DNA of 64,000 bases from the human T2T-CHM13v2.0 reference genome, Homo sapiens, in NCBI RefSeq assembly GCF_009914755.1, contig NC_060930.1; one strand, written 5' to 3'. Every line of letters starts with the position of its first letter. The stretch's first letter is position 1. The position numbers were made by a program, and so were the translations under genes. The notes below the pieces were generated by a model. It had not been told where the DNA came from. It saw only the letters and a list, made by a program, of their open reading frames with translations, and searched no databases. Shown one piece after another: positions 46,021 through 60,860 of this stretch.

Positions 46021-47408
46021 TATGACGTTCCCATGTGTTCTTAGCATGATGAAAAAGAAATGCCAGATTCACAGTGTGTTTTCTGGGGAGAGCAAAGAGG
46101 GGAAATTTATGTGCCAAACTGGAGTCCCTTAAAAGAAAATGAATTTCAGATATTTCAGCCTGCTCTCACCAGGAGGGGTTCTCTGCTAATAATTGTGAAG
46201 GAACGCGATAGTCAGAGGCACAGAGGGCCTGAGTGCAGCTTTAATAACTTTGGACAGGACCTGGGTCCTGAGCGTGAGTCACGCTGAGGTCGCTGTGAAC
46301 GGCTGAGCCCTGGGCTGTGAGTCAGCCCCTCGAGGCGCATGATACAGCTTCAGGCTCCACCAACAGTAGGTGCTTAGAGACTCATGGGCTGCTGGGTTAT
46401 GACCGAATGAATCAGCCTGAGGGAGAAGATAGTTTTACGACAGAAAGTGGGACTGTGGTGCCAATTTTCTGTTTGAGTTTTGTGTGTCTACACAGTTTGA
46501 CAAAAATGGCATTTTATTTAAGCATTGTGCACATTTCTTAGAGAATCCGAGGTGACCTATCTTGAGAAAAGGAATTCAAGCTGGACCGACCACAGACCTC
46601 GTGCTAAGCATTGGAATCATTGCCCTGCCAGATAGCATTTCAACATCTATTTCCATCCTTCTTCACAATATTACTTTTAACTGATGTCAAAATAAACAAG
46701 CCTAGGAATATCCAAGCAATTTGTTCTCAGAGCGCCTGGTGTCCAGTTCAGTGCCTGGACTGAGTCAATAGCACTGTGAGTGATAACATTCTTTATACTG
46801 TTAACCAAAAAAAAAGATAGGTTCCATGATTTTTTGTGCCCCACGTATTAATACATGGTTGTAGCAATTATTTTCATGCACAAGGACTGTGCACCTACCT
46901 GTGTTTTTGATTCTGCATTAAGGAACCATTCATATCAAATGTTATAAACCAGGGAGCTGGGTTTATAGTTAACATACACACATGCACACAAAATAACTGT
47001 CAACATTTAAGCAAGTTGCTTACAGATTAAAACTATGTTGACAATAATCGCAAATAGAGTACTATTGACACCTCAGAAGGACTTCTGTTGCCCTCCTCAC
47101 CCTCCCTCCCTTCCTTCCAGAAGGTGACCCCTAATCTGAGGGCCAACGCTGCAAAGCGGCTCTGTCTGTTTCAAAGCTGAGCACACGTGGTGTCACGTGA
47201 CACATGGTCTTTTGCGTCTGACCCCTTCTAGTCTGCATGATGTTTGTGGCATTCATCCATGTCCTATGCAGTAGAGAAGATGCCATTCCTGTAAAGTAAC
47301 TCATTGTAAAAAGAGACACCGTTACTTATTGATACATGCTACTGCTGATAGACATTTGATGTGTTCTCAGTTTGAGGTCATAATGAATAAGACTTCTGTG
47401 AACATACT

Positions 47409-47776
47409 TGATATGGCTTGGCTCTGTGTCCCCACCCAAATCTCATCTCAAATTGTGATCCCCATGTATCGAGGGTGGGACCTGGTAGGAGGTGATTGGA
47501 TCGTGGGTGCGGTTTCCCCCAGGCTGTTGTGATAGTGAGGAAGTCTCATGAGAGCTGATGGTTTAAAGGTGGCGCTCCTCACTTGGTTCTTGGTTCTCTC
47601 TCTCTCCTGCTGCCTTGTGACGAAGGTATTTGCTTCTCCTTCACCTTCCTCCATGATTGTAAGTTTCCTGAGGCCTCCCCAGCCATGCTGAACTGTGAGT
47701 CAATTAAACCTCTTTCCTCTATAAATGACCCAGTTTCAGGCAGTTCCTTACAGCAGTGTGAAAATGGATGAATACA
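47409..47776 (+). mobile_element. THE1D-like MaLR solo LTR, inserted in an old antisense L1 fragment
   Basis: TGATATGGCTTGGCTCTGTGTCCCCACCCAAATCTCATCTC...GTAAGTTTCCTGAGGCCTCCCCAGCCATG...GAGTCAATTAAACCTCTTT...AATACA. Confidence 0.9.
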
Positions 47777-49394
47777 ACACCGTGTGCTTCCTTGGTGCTC
47801 ATATGCACGTTTATGATGTCTGATGTCGCGGCAATGAATATGTCTTCACAGGACGCCAGCTGCAACCATCTGCAATCCACTGCTGCCTTAGTGTGAAGGC
47901 TGCACTGCCTGGGAGCTGTTCCTCAGCAACATTCACGTGGATAGGAAGGCTTAGCGGAGCCCGTCCTTGGGGAGGCGCTGGGCTTCTCTGACCGCTGGCT
48001 TTGGCCTTGGGGCTCTGCAGCAGCAGTGGCAGTCTCTCAGTCTACAAAGAGGTCCAAGATGCATCCTCCCAGCCTCCTTTCTCTCTGTCCTCCTCTGGGG
48101 TAGAACTCGAGTCCCAGCCTGGCCACTCTCCCACATTGTTTCCCTTGCACAGGCATTCCTCCTTGTAAAATCCTCACCCAGTTAATGTCAGTGTGGCCTC
48201 TGCTCCCCGGAGCCCCGGACCACCCAGGGTCCTGCCCAGATCCTCTTAGATTCCATGCACAGCGTGCGTCTGTGGGTTTGCTGCTTGGGGTCCACACCAC
48301 AGACCTCATGAGAGTATCCAGAGGCTGTGGAACAGGGTGTCCCATCGGGAGGGAGGAGTGCTTAGGAATCCAAAGCCCCAGATGAGTCTGTGGCCTGGGA
48401 GTGACCGGGCAAAAGCCCCTTGCACTCGCCTCAAGGCAGGACATATCCCGAGACGCAGTTTCTACTTCAGTGCCCTTTGACAGATCCGGCTGAGGCTGGG
48501 ACTTCACCTGAAATCCAAGGTTTGAAGAGAATGGCAGGAGTTTGAAGTTGTTCCTGAGAATTAGGGAGCGAATTTTGACCAGGGAATCACAGCTGGGGAG
48601 AGGCCGGAGCTAAGGACCCACTTGGCGCTGTAACTGGGGGCATCCCGAGAGCCGCACTCACCCGAATTGAACCAAACGCATCGGGACCACAGTGTGTCTA
48701 CATTTCAAAAGTACCTTATTCTTATTGACACAGCAGATTTGTACACAAGAATAAACAATATGAACCAACACTTTATGGTTTTTATTTAAAAGTGTGCCTT
48801 TGAGAAGTGATGAAAAAGCAGAATTTTCTGGAGAAAAACTTGGGAATCAGATGATGAAATCACTTTCCAAAATATGACTTTACATTAGAATGTCTGCTAG
48901 AGAAGCCTGGAATCTGGATAAGACCAACAACAGGAGGCTGCAGCTCCTACACCAGCCCCACCCTGATGTTCTGGGTGGCCTGGAGCAAGGAATGGGATTC
49001 CTGGGTTTCCTGACTCCACATCCTGAGAGGCTGCACCAGCCCCAGAGCAGCCCAGTTGAACGGACGGAGCAGCAGGGCTGGGGTCAAGTGGAATGCTCCC
49101 AACCCCTGCTAGGAATGCTGACCATCACCATGGGTCTTCATAAATACCCTGTGGCTATAGAAGTATTTGGGAATTCACCAAGATATCCCAGCTGCCTCTC
49201 CTACAGAATTCTTCATCTTGACCCTAGATAATTACTGCATTGCAAATTCAGAAAACTATGTGACCAGCTTCATGCCAGAGAGCCACTCGGGGCTGTGAAA
49301 GAGTTTAGCCATGACACACAGTGCGTTGCAGGAGAACGGCCTTCTCTGTGTAATGAGACCCCTACGGCTGCAAACCTCGGTGCTTTCATTACAG

Positions 49395-49480
49395 TTCCAT
49401 CTTAGCAAAATTATTTCACTCCTTGAAGCCTCAGTTCCCATATGTGTAAAATGGGGAAATAGCTCAACCTCCCAGGAGCA
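49395..49480 (+). mobile_element. MIR core fragment
   Basis: GCCTCAGTTCCCATATGTGTAAAATGGGGAAATA. Confidence 0.6.
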
Positions 49481-49595
49481 CAGGCAGGTATTCCAAAGAC
49501 ATGGACAATTACTAGTGTAAACTGGGATCCATTTCTTGAAAGTAAGCATTTTGATAAGAGAGAAAAATAAAGTATATTTTTAAAGGCCAAAATAG

Positions 49596-49974
<379 letters not shown>

Positions 49975-52900
49975 TGAAAAAAAAAATGCTTTGGAATCTG
50001 ATACACGTTAGTTGCAATTCCTGTCTGTCACTCATGGACATATACATCTTCATCAAATAAATGTTTATTGCTTTCCTACCAAGCTTTTGCCCCAAATTCT
50101 TAATACATACAATTGAATTCCTTTCCTAAAATGGATATCATGATTCCCACTCTGAGGACTAACTGTGATTAGAAATGAATGGCCCTGACCGGAGCGTCTT
50201 ACAGAATGTTGGCCTCACAGGGACCCCCTGGCTTCTTTTTATCATATCCCTCTAGTCCCCTGGAACTGCTGTAAATAAGCCATGTGGATTTATCATTTCT
50301 GCTTGAGGGAAAGTTTGTCTTGGCATATTTGGAAAAAATAAACAAACTAAAGATATTGGGCAGCTTGAGAATAAGCCAGGGGCTGCCCTATGCTACAAGT
50401 CTTCAGAAATGAGTCAGGATGATACTTCAACCCCACTTGGATCAAAGACTTGGAAATGAGGAAAGGAAAATCATACCTAAGGTCACTTCCGAAGGTCAGA
50501 GGATATCTGAAGGCATGTGAGGATGTGAGGAAGGCTCTGGATTTACTGTTTCCGGCTAACGCTATTCAGAAGTGTTAATGAAATAGTCACTAAAGCTTCT
50601 CATGTGCTTCCCATGTGTTTACTTGTGTGTAAGGACCATACAGTTTGATAAGACAGTATTTGTGCACAAAGAAACAATCTAAGAACATACATTTAGCTGC
50701 TAAGATGTATGACATAAACTTTGTCTACTTTGACAGCCAGAAAAAAAATGGAAACTCAGTGAGGGCTGAGGCATTCTTGCACAGCGGGAATGAGCGTTGT
50801 TTTGGAGGAGCCATGGACACACTGCTTAGTTTTCGTTTTCAGCATGTGGCCAACAGCTCAGGCAAGGAGAAGAGAAGTTGCAGGCTCCCTTCTTGGCTGT
50901 GGCAGCTAACGCGGGAGGAGTTGCATTGGGTCGTGGACACGTGGCCTGCTTCTCTTCCACTGAAAAACTGCACAGATGCAGAGAAATTCTGCAAAGCTCA
51001 TTCGGAAAACATTTCACAACAACGGAATGACACGACCAAGCTGCACACGATCTTTAGTTCTTAATACAAAGATCGGAAAGAAAATAAATCAGAAAGGATA
51101 TTACATCACATTACATTTTCTGGTGAAGCAGTTTAGCCATGTCTCTTACTGAGGTCTGAACCACCACAGGACATGAACGCAGGGGAGCGACTGAGGAGCG
51201 TGGAGGTCAGTTCCTCTGGGGTGTGGAGGACGTGACGGCGTTTACTTGAGGTAAACCTCGCAAGGGGGAGAAGTTTGCTCAAAAAGTCTTTAAATAACAA
51301 ATGAGGGAGATTCTATTTTATTCCATAAGCAATGGATAGGCAGCCAAGTTTTCTTGAGAAAAAATAGACACAATTTGAGCAATTCTAGCATATGGTTAGA
51401 AATTTATGTCTGGCACAAAATTACGTTTGCAAGTTTATAGCCCCTAGCATTAGTTTTTAAGCAACATTACAGCAACTAGCCTGGTAAAAACGAGAACACA
51501 GGTAATAAGCCCAAGGTCAGCTCAGGGTGAAGTGGGTCCATCTGCAAGAGACCTTTACCCTTCAATGGAGCAGAAAGTGGGAGGGAGCCGGGGCCTTGGG
51601 TGAATTCCCTGAACAGCTGCAATCACCCTGGACTGTTTGCTTCTGAACTTTCTATTCCCCGAAAACACATCTTTTTTGGTGAGGCTGCTGTAATTTGGTT
51701 TGGTTAGATGCTGCTGAAGTCATCATTATTGACACAATGTATGCAGTCAATACTTGTGAGAAGTCTGGCTGCAGAAGTAGGAGACAGAGCAACAACTGGA
51801 ATGTGTCCAGAACCTCCCGGGAAGCACAGGTTATGTGGTCATATTCACTCACAGGCCTGAATCTGCACCAGAAGAAATGATAGGCACCTACTAAGGCCCA
51901 AGTCTCAGGGGAGGCCCAGCTGGGCCCGCTTGGACGGATGGAGTCCCGTGAGTCCCAACGTCTTTACAGAACTACACACCAAGCATCCCTGCCCATCAGG
52001 ACCAGTGTCCTTTCATCATCCACGAGCTCCACAGGAAGCCTTCAGTTCACTGATGTCTATGAAGAACTGTGCTTTCCAGCAGGCTCTGAGGATTCCCAGC
52101 TGGGGCTCAGGACTATTGCAGCTCTCAGTTTGTGGTCCATGTGCACTTGGTCTGCATGCTTTCTGGGGAAGCCTGAGCCTTGGCACTCTGAGGAGCTGGT
52201 GAGGAATAGTGAGTTCTAGTATGCTTGTCTGAGAAGGACTGTGTCCTACTTGGAGTAGAGCTAGAAATGGATTCCCTATTTATAGTGCCTCAGCCCCTTC
52301 CTGCAGGACACCATCAATATGTCCCACGCAGGAGTAGCATTTGGAGAACGAAACACAGGTGACAGGAAAGGATGCACGAGCTGCAGCAGGAATGCAAAGA
52401 CAGCACGGGGCTCTGGGAGACCCATCGAGGGGGCAGCACTCAGATTCTTTATTAAACGTTGAGTAGAAATTTCCCAAGAGAGGATGAGGAGGAGATTTCA
52501 GTGTGTCTGGCGTGCTTAGAATACAGTGAAGGTCAGGTTCATTGAACTGACCAGTTGCACCTGGGAGAGCGGGGATTGCTCAGGGAAGAAAGGGATTGAA
52601 GCAATTGAGTCGTGACCCACATACCACACCAGGCCGCTCCAGCTTGTTGCTGGACACGAAGACCCATCATAGAAGGAGTTTAAAAACAGTGCCAGACTTG
52701 AGGTGTATTTTAGGACGTTGGAGCAAAGACGGGCAGGGACAGTTGGGCCCATCATTGCTGACGGGACTGACTTCACCTCGATAATACGCACATTCACACT
52801 GTCATTCCCTGCACGGGCAGATTATGTTCTACGCTGCATCTGGCTCACAAATGCTGGCAAGGAAGAAGATGGTTTTTATACTTATTAATTTTAAAGCTGA

Positions 52901-54699
52901 CCTGGATGTATGACCTTCAACTGTGTTTTTTTCTAACTTAAAAGGATACACATGTTACATTCATGTCATTTTAGAAATCATTCTTTCATTTACAACTACA
53001 CCTATATTCAAATTAACAGCTGATTCCAATTTTAAAAATGTTCTCTTGAGGAACCTCTTCACCTTCCTTCCACCCCCCAAAAATCTATGAGTAAATTTGA
53101 ACATCTTGATACATACAAAATTATACATTGTCTGGATTTTGGGAGAATATTTTAGGATATTGATTTTGTTGCGTTATTCGAGTTTAGACAATAGTTAACA
53201 TAAGTATTCATATGTAGAGGTCTTTGTGCTTCATTAGAAATATATCCAACTAAACATAACAACAAAAAGCCTTGCGAAACTACATATCTCTTATACTTTT
53301 GTGCTGTTTTTCTGTGTGTAACTAAACGTGGGATACAGCAAAAATATTTTCACATTGTTTAAGAGTATGTACAATTCCATTTCTTCCATTTAAAGACCCA
53401 CTAAGTCACTCAGTGTATTTGGAACCCACACCATACGAGGGAAAGCACATCACTTTTAGTGGTTTCTAAAGGCGAATAGAAAAGTGATTCATACAACCAA
53501 AGCAAGAAGATTTTGAACGTAGAAGCAAAGAGAAGCAGAAGCAGAAGCAGATGTCTAAGCCAGGGGACACCCACCGCGCTGTGGCCCCAGGGCCCTGCTA
53601 GAAGGTGTTTCTCACCCAGAATGGCTCACGGCTGCCTTGGCATCTCCAGTGCTGAGGCTTTTCGTAGGTGACTGCCTCAGAAACAGAAAATGAATGTCTA
53701 GTCGTGCCTATTTTTCATAAAAAAAGACCAGCAAAATTACGTTAAATTAACATTTATGAAAATAGCAGCATTGAAGACTCTTCAGTCTCTAATCAGTTAA
53801 TTGTGGAGTCATGGAGTTGAGCCTTAGCAGCATCTAATTAAATCAAGAGTTGCCAAAATCCTTCAAGTGTCCAGTCCTGTGGGCATGTCCTGAGTTTCTC
53901 CAGGAGGACCAGGAGGACCATCCCATCACGACCTAACACTGACTAAGGGAAATTACAAAGTAAATTCATTTTGTCCTGAGCCCATGGTGGGCTCAGGGAG
54001 GTGCTTCCTGTCCTCCCAACCCTGGAGAGAGCTGTTACACTGTTCATGATGGGCTCTGAGATGTGAACACTCAACAAGCCCAGCTTCTGGGGCCTGCCAC
54101 CATCCCACGGGGCCACTTGGTCTGTGGCCTGCTATGGGTCACAAATCACCAATATTCCAGTACCCTCCGCCACACACCCTTTGCAGGCGGGCATGCACCC
54201 TCCCACTGTGGGACAACACAACTAGGAGGGAGATACAGGTTGGCTTTCTGGTGAGTTCTACTCCATCCCCTCTACCACACCACACATGCACACTTCCTTC
54301 ACCTGTGAGTGGGGAGGGGACACTGCATTCTCCCCTAACCTAGAAGCTGGAGGAGTGGGCTTTGTGTGTGGGGAGGGTGCCCCAGGATGGCTAGTGAAGG
54401 ATGGTGAAGGTTTAGGTCTCAATCTCTGGTTGGGTGCCAACATCATCAGCATTCTGCTGAATGGACCATTCTAGCAGAGAAAGAGCCCTGCTGTGGCATT
54501 GCCAGGCAGAGAGGAAGATGGACCTGTCACTCAAATCTGGCTCTGGGCAGGTGCACAAGGCAAATTCCACACACACCACTGGCATCAGCATGGGAGCTGG
54601 GAGCGGTAAGTGAGGCTGTGATTGCAATGCTGTTGTGAATCACTAGAACGGGGAATGGACAACTACAATGCGAGGCAGTATCAACGAAGATTCATTGAG

Positions 54700-55770
54700 C
54701 ATATGTATTACAAACCCTTGGAAAATAATTTTATATGTTTATAAATAATACGTTAATGAAGGAGATTAAACAGAATCATTTTTTTTAAAATCTCGCTTTA
54801 CCCAAAGGACGGCAGAAAACAAAAGAAAATCAAATACGGATAAATAGAACAAATAGAAAACAGTAAACAAAATGTTGGATTTTCATTCAATTCCATCAAC
54901 TATAACCTCGAAGGTGAATACTCTAAACATGTCTGTTAAAAGACAAAGACTTCCAGATTGGATCAAACAGCAAAAGACTCAACTGCAGTCTTTCTGTAAG
55001 AAATTCACTTTAAGTATAAAGGCATAAATAAGTTAAAGTGAAAAGCTGCAGAAAGATACACCACACAAACACTAACTAAAAGAGAGTTGGAGCAGCTATA
55101 TTAATATCAAGGTAGACTTCAGAAAAAGGAACCTACCTGGGACAAAGAGGAATGTTGCATAATAATGAAGCAACCAATTTTTCAAGAAGATAAAACTACC
55201 CTAAATATGCAGGCACCTAGCGATACCCCTTTAAAATATGTGAGACTTAAAAACTAATAGAACTTCACAGGTCGGTTTTGCAATTGCAGTTACACAAGCC
55301 AGTACTTGTCTCTGAGTTATTGATGGAACAGAAAGACAAAACATCAGCATGGATAGAGACGATATAAATGACCCTATTATACAATCTGACCAACTAACAT
55401 TCATAGGACACTTTAGAAAAGACTGACCAGAGCTGCTTCAAAATTTCAAGTTCATGGGAGACAAAGAAGGCTGAGGCATCATCACAGCTGGAGACTGATG
55501 ACGCATAGCTTCCCTCAATATGAGATTCTGTATTGGATCCTGGGGCAGAAAAGGGGCAGTTGTGGAAAACTGAGAAATTAAGAGTTGAGCTTGTGCTTTA
55601 GTTAATAGTATGGTACCAATGTTAATTTTTTAGTTTGATGTTTGTACCATGATTATTTGTGATTTTAGCATTAGGGGAAGCAGGATAAACAGTACACAGG
55701 AACTCTCTGGGCTACCTTCACAACACTTCTAACACTTCTATGAGTCTAAACTTACTTCAGAATAAGAAGT
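54700..55770 (+). mobile_element. Ancient L1 fragments (ORF2 endonuclease region, then L1MC-like 3' end)
   Basis: TTAAAAGACAAAGAC...CAGATTGGAT...AAGAAATTCACTTTAAGTATAAAG...GCTATATTAATATCA; 3' part TTGGATCCTGG...TTAGTTAATAGTATGGTACCAATGTTAATTT...CATTAGGGGAAGC. Confidence 0.75.
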
Positions 55771-56439
55771 CTCTAGATAAAGACAATGTATATGCATATA
55801 CTCATATATGTATGCAATCATATAAATATGTACATATATACATACCTACGTATGAATATATTTGTGAAATGTAAAAGGTAGTGATATACTACAATGTTTT
55901 AAAATGGACTGAATAACGGGGATATGACTGTTTTTCCAGTCGAAAGTATTTCCCAATTACCGACTGGTGACTAAAATGTTCTTATTTTAGTTATCAGAAG
56001 ATAGAGACTCAACAGAGCCTTGTTACTAGCTCTATTAATAAGAACAAAGCCAAATTAAGGCATTCCCATCTTATAGAACATCAGAATGAATATAAATTCC
56101 TTCTCTGAAGCCATAGAATCATGTGATATATTGCAACCTCTCTAGAAGCCAAATAAACACACAATAAAATAATAATAAGACTCTATAGACGACCATTGGA
56201 TGATACACATCAAATCACCCAAATCCAACACTAAATGGGGCTGGAAGTGAACATTAACAGATCCTTCTTGAAAGGCTATTTACATACCATGAACCTTTAT
56301 GTAGTCATGTAATTTGGCCTAATATTCCTACTTTTAAAAATCTATAATAAGGAAATAATTTAAAAATTCATCAAAAATTTATGTAAATGGTGTTTATTAC
56401 AATGCTATGTGTAACACTAAAGATATTTTAATTGCCCTA

Positions 56440-56878
56440 TGTCAACGGTTGAATTGTGTTCCCCAGAAATTCATATGTTAAAGTGCTAATCCCCACTGCC
56501 TTAGGACGTATATTACAGTTAGGGTTTTTATAGAGGTAATCAAATCAACACAAAGTCATTAGAGGGGCTCTAATCTAGCATGACTAATGTCCTTATGAAA
56601 AAGGGAAATTTGGACACAGAGATGGTTGGGGAGAATGCCACATGCAATTGAAGGAGAGATGGGGGTGATGTTTCTAACAGCCATGGACACCAAAGATTAC
56701 CGGCAAACCCTGAGACTCAAGCAGGGGCCTGGGGCAGATCCCCTCGTGGTCCTCAGAAAGAGCCCTGCTGACACCTTGATCTTGAACTGCAAGCTCTAGA
56801 CCTGTGAGACAATACATTTTAATTTTAAGCCACAAAGTTTGTGGTACTTTGTTTTGGTAGCCTTAGCAAACTGAAACA
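56440..56878 (+). mobile_element. MLT1C-like MaLR solo LTR
   Basis: GGTTGAATTGTGTTCCCC...TTCATATGTT, GGAAATTTGGACACAGA, CCCTGCTGACACCTTGATCTTG, TTTAAGCCAC...GTTTGTGGTACTTTGTT...GCAAACTGAAACA. Confidence 0.87.
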
Positions 56879-57369
56879 ACATAATCATCAAAAAAAGAAT
56901 GATTGACACATTCTAACACACGCAGACACTAACACACACGCAATATAACAACATAATTATCAAAAGAATGATTGACACATTCCAACCCACACAGAAACTC
57001 TCCACACACATGCAATAAAACAACATAATCATCAAAAGAATGATTGACACATTCCAACACACACAGAAACTCACACACATGCAATATAACAACATAATCA
57101 TCAAAAAAAGAATGATTGACACATTCTAACACACACAGACACTAACACACATGCAATATAACATAATTATCAAAAGAATGATTGACACATTCCAACCCAC
57201 ACAGAAACTCACACGCACATGTAATAAAACAACATAATCATCAAAAGAACGATTGACACATTCCAACACACATAGAAACTGACACACGCGTTCAATAAAA
57301 CAATATAATTATTAAAAGAATGACTGACACATTCCAACACACACAGAAACTGACACACACGTGCAATAA
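56876..57369. repeat. About 70-bp AC-rich minisatellite, 7 copies
   Basis: Anchor GAYTGACAC at 56901, 56970, 57042, 57114, 57180, 57251 and 57322. Confidence 0.95.
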
Positions 57370-59823
57370 CGTCTTGCTACAGTTAAAAATCACAAATTCG
57401 AAGAATATTTAATGCCATCATAAAATTCTCACCTTGTAGTGATGAGTAAAATCAGGAGGAAGTTGATCAAACATTCATGTTTTTGTAGTGGCATTAATGC
57501 CTTTTAAAGTTAATTTAAAAACTAAGTCATGTATCTGGAAAATGTGGGTAATGCAAGTCAACAAACTCTTTAAATACTGAAGGAAAAAAATACCTTAAAT
57601 TATATTGGGAAATTGGTATAATTTGAGTGTCATTTTTCATAATCCTTACATATATTAAAAATTCCCACCTAGCCAAGATCCACCAACCAAACCAACCAAC
57701 CAAAAATAAGACACAAAATCCCTGAAGCCAGACTTTATTTTCTTCACTCAGTTTAAAGGTTTCTCCATCTCATCCCTTCTGGGAGCCCAGAGACAGAGCA
57801 CAACTTGGCGCCCACTCATCCATTCGTTTAGTCACTCATTCGTTTATTTTAAAAGTCAAAGTATTTCTCATGAAATAATCTGAATTTTGAGTCTCTCTTG
57901 GAAAACAAGAAGCAGCAGCCCTGAACCGGGCTCCCTACAGGGCACTGACCGCTGTGTCATCAAGATCCCAACAGCCTTGCTGGGCAGCTGCAGCTCTTAC
58001 TGCAAACCTGGCAGTGGAAGGTACTTGAGTTTCTTCCTCCTGACCAGTGGGTCCAATCCTGCCCCTGAGTGTTTGTGAAGATTCTTTAATCTATGTGAAC
58101 ACGAAGCAAATCTGTGCAGTGAATACATAAAAGTACAATCATCATCACGTGGAATCCGGAAGCTTGTGTAACATCGGGAGAACACAGCCCTCACATTTAT
58201 GAAAGCCTGGAACCATGGAACCAATGATTATCTGCTAACTTTATCAATGCAGAAGCAAAACAAAATCTGTAACCCTGTCCCCCACTCCACACCTACATTT
58301 CAAGACAGGGGAGACTGTGCCTGGTGACAGCAGGTGCCCTTGCCTCTGCCTTCACAGCCTCTGCTCCTGTCTCCCTCACGCTCAGTTTCTGGGGGCCTCT
58401 GCTCAGCACCTCTGAGGACACAGGGCTCAGACCTTGGCTGTTCTGTGCTGGAGTCCACAATGCACCCCAGGTCAATGCTGCTCATCACCACCCAGCTGCC
58501 TGATGCGGTCCTGGTGTCCACCCAAGCTGAAGGAAGCTGGTAACTCCTATCCTACCTGTGCCTGGAAGGCCAAGACCCAGGAACACTTGGAGAAACATCA
58601 GCCATGACCATGGCCCAGCATCTCTGAGGGAGGCAGCAGCTAAGGACAGTATGTGCCAGTCCCTCAATCTGATGCCAACAGAGTCTGTGAGCCGGACACA
58701 GGGGCCAGAGCCTCTCTGCAGCCCCACACAGTGGTGGAACAGAGAGACAGGAAGACCCAAGAGGTACAGTAGGCAGTGTTCCGTGGGAACCCTCATAGCC
58801 TGAGGCACACGATTCTTGATAAGGCCCTGGCCCTCCTCCCTAGGAAGCCCTTTCCTGCCAGGGTGGGCTCTTGCTGTCCCTGGGCTGCCCGGCAGGGCCT
58901 TCTTCCCCATCCTCCATGGTCACCTCTGAAGTGTGACCTGGGATGAGCCTCCCCTGGGCCCACACAGCCCACGGTGAGCTCCTTCCCTAGAAAAGTCTGG
59001 CAGTGCAAGGACACGTTCAGATAAAATAAGTCAGAGATTAAAATCCAGGCACATGTTTTTATCTTGCTGTGTTGTTTTGGGGTGTGTATTTCTCTTAAAA
59101 ACTTCGTAAATCTCTCATTTATTTGATTCTAGACAGATCCATGTACCAACTGCCACATCCACACTCCTTTTGCAGACACACCTCTTAGATTTGGTATATT
59201 TCTGTGTGTTCTTCTCCAGCAACTCTTTCTCTGTGTTAGGCCTCAGGCTTCAGTGGGAGAGCCACACCCCCGTCTCCCTTTTCAAAGACCATTTTTGTGC
59301 AACATACAGGCCTCACTGGAACTGAAACCTGGGCTGTGCCTTAGCTCTGAAGCTTCATAATTCATTCAGAAGTTTTCACACCAGGAGTGGCGACTGGGTC
59401 TGGATTTGTTCTTTGCATCAGGGTTGGTTTTAATTAGGCTCTCTCTCTCCAAGGCCCTCTTGTTTGTTGTCTTTTTCCTGCTTTTTTTCTTTATTTAACT
59501 GTTATAATTTGAGCATGAGAAGCAGTTGACTCTTCCAACCCTGCAAGTCCCAGGGTCTGCACACTCCTGAGATCTCTGGATTTCCCCGCGCAAACTGATC
59601 ACTTGTCTCATTTTACCTTTTTGTTTGTTTTGTTGGACCGTGTCAAATACAGCTAATAGGTAACCAAAGCATGCTACAGACAGCCTGTCTCCTGCAGCCT
59701 CTCCTAGAGTGACTATTACAAGGTACATCATCTTCCTTTCATTTCGTCACTGGTGCTGGTGTTGCCAAATGCCTCACCACCATGTAACGGGGCTGCTACC
59801 TCCGCATTTCCAATACCAGCTTT

Positions 59824-60405
59824 TGTGGGAAAGAGTTTCTGGGATGCCAGATGAGTTGGTCGCCCCTGTGTGAGACACCCATGGGGAGCCATGGGCGGCC
59901 TCTGAGGAGAAAAGTCTCCTTGTTGCCTTCATGTCTTTATGCCCGAGGGCGGAACAGCTCAGCAGCATGCCACAGGTTGCTCGGGGACATAACCCTCCCT
60001 TGAAGCTGTGGAGTATAATCAAACATCTTGGCTTCTCCTGAAACCCGCTCCCCGCCATTTCAGTCCCGATAGGTTAAAGATCTTAAGTAGTTTAGACACA
60101 CGCCTTTGCTCAAGGAAATTCACAGAAACCGCCACTGCTGTACATCTTATTGAAGGACTCACGAGTTCTTCTTCACCGATTAATCCTTTTCCTCATCCCT
60201 TCCTACCCCTCCCATCTGCCCTAAGAACAAAGAGCTTGTAAACCAATAAATTGGGTGGAGGCCGAGAGCTCGGGGCCGTCAGCAAGCCTCCAGCTCCGGT
60301 CCCCTGGACCCGCCTTTTAGACTCTTATTCTGTCTCTTTCTAACTCCTTTGTCTCCGCTGGACTCGGGGTACCCGCCGGGTGATGTGGGGCTGGTTTCCC
60401 CAACA
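59824..60405 (+). mobile_element. ERVK-class solo LTR, LTR14A/B-like (HML-1)
   Basis: TGTGGGAAA...TTTCCCCAACA terminal inverted repeats; AATAAA at 60245; direct repeat GCTTT on both sides (59819-59823, 60406-60410). Subfamily is from recall. Confidence 0.78.
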
Positions 60406-60484
60406 GCTTTCTCACTGCTCACTGCCTGTATCCTAATCTAGTGCCTGATACTTTCAGGCAGCAGCCCACATCTAGGAACCGATT

Positions 60485-60860
60485 TTTGTATTGGCAGCAT
60501 GGACTAAGGTTACTATGTGTTAAGTAACAATTCCCACAAAACATACTACGTTCAAACTATGAAAGGTTATTTTTCACTCAGTCTACACAGTGTATTTCAG
60601 GTCAGCAGGGGGCTGTGCTCATCAGGGAAGCAAAAATACCTGGTCAACAGGGAAGCCATCGTTTTGAATTTTGCTACCCACCATGTTGGCAGAAAGAGAG
60701 TTCTTGACAATTTCACTCCTGCGATTAAATGCTCCGACTAGAAATGATACACATCGCTGGCCAGACCTAGGCACATGGCTCCACCCAACCACAGGTGGTC
60801 AGCTGATGCAATGTTCCTGGGAGACAGACATTTAAAGATATTTAGAGAAGAGCCTTGATA
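60485..60860 (-). mobile_element. Ancient MLT1(J/K/L)-like LTR
   Basis: TGTATT start, AGTAACAA, AAAGGTTATTTTTCACTCA, CACATGGCTCCACCCAACCACAGG. Confidence 0.5.
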
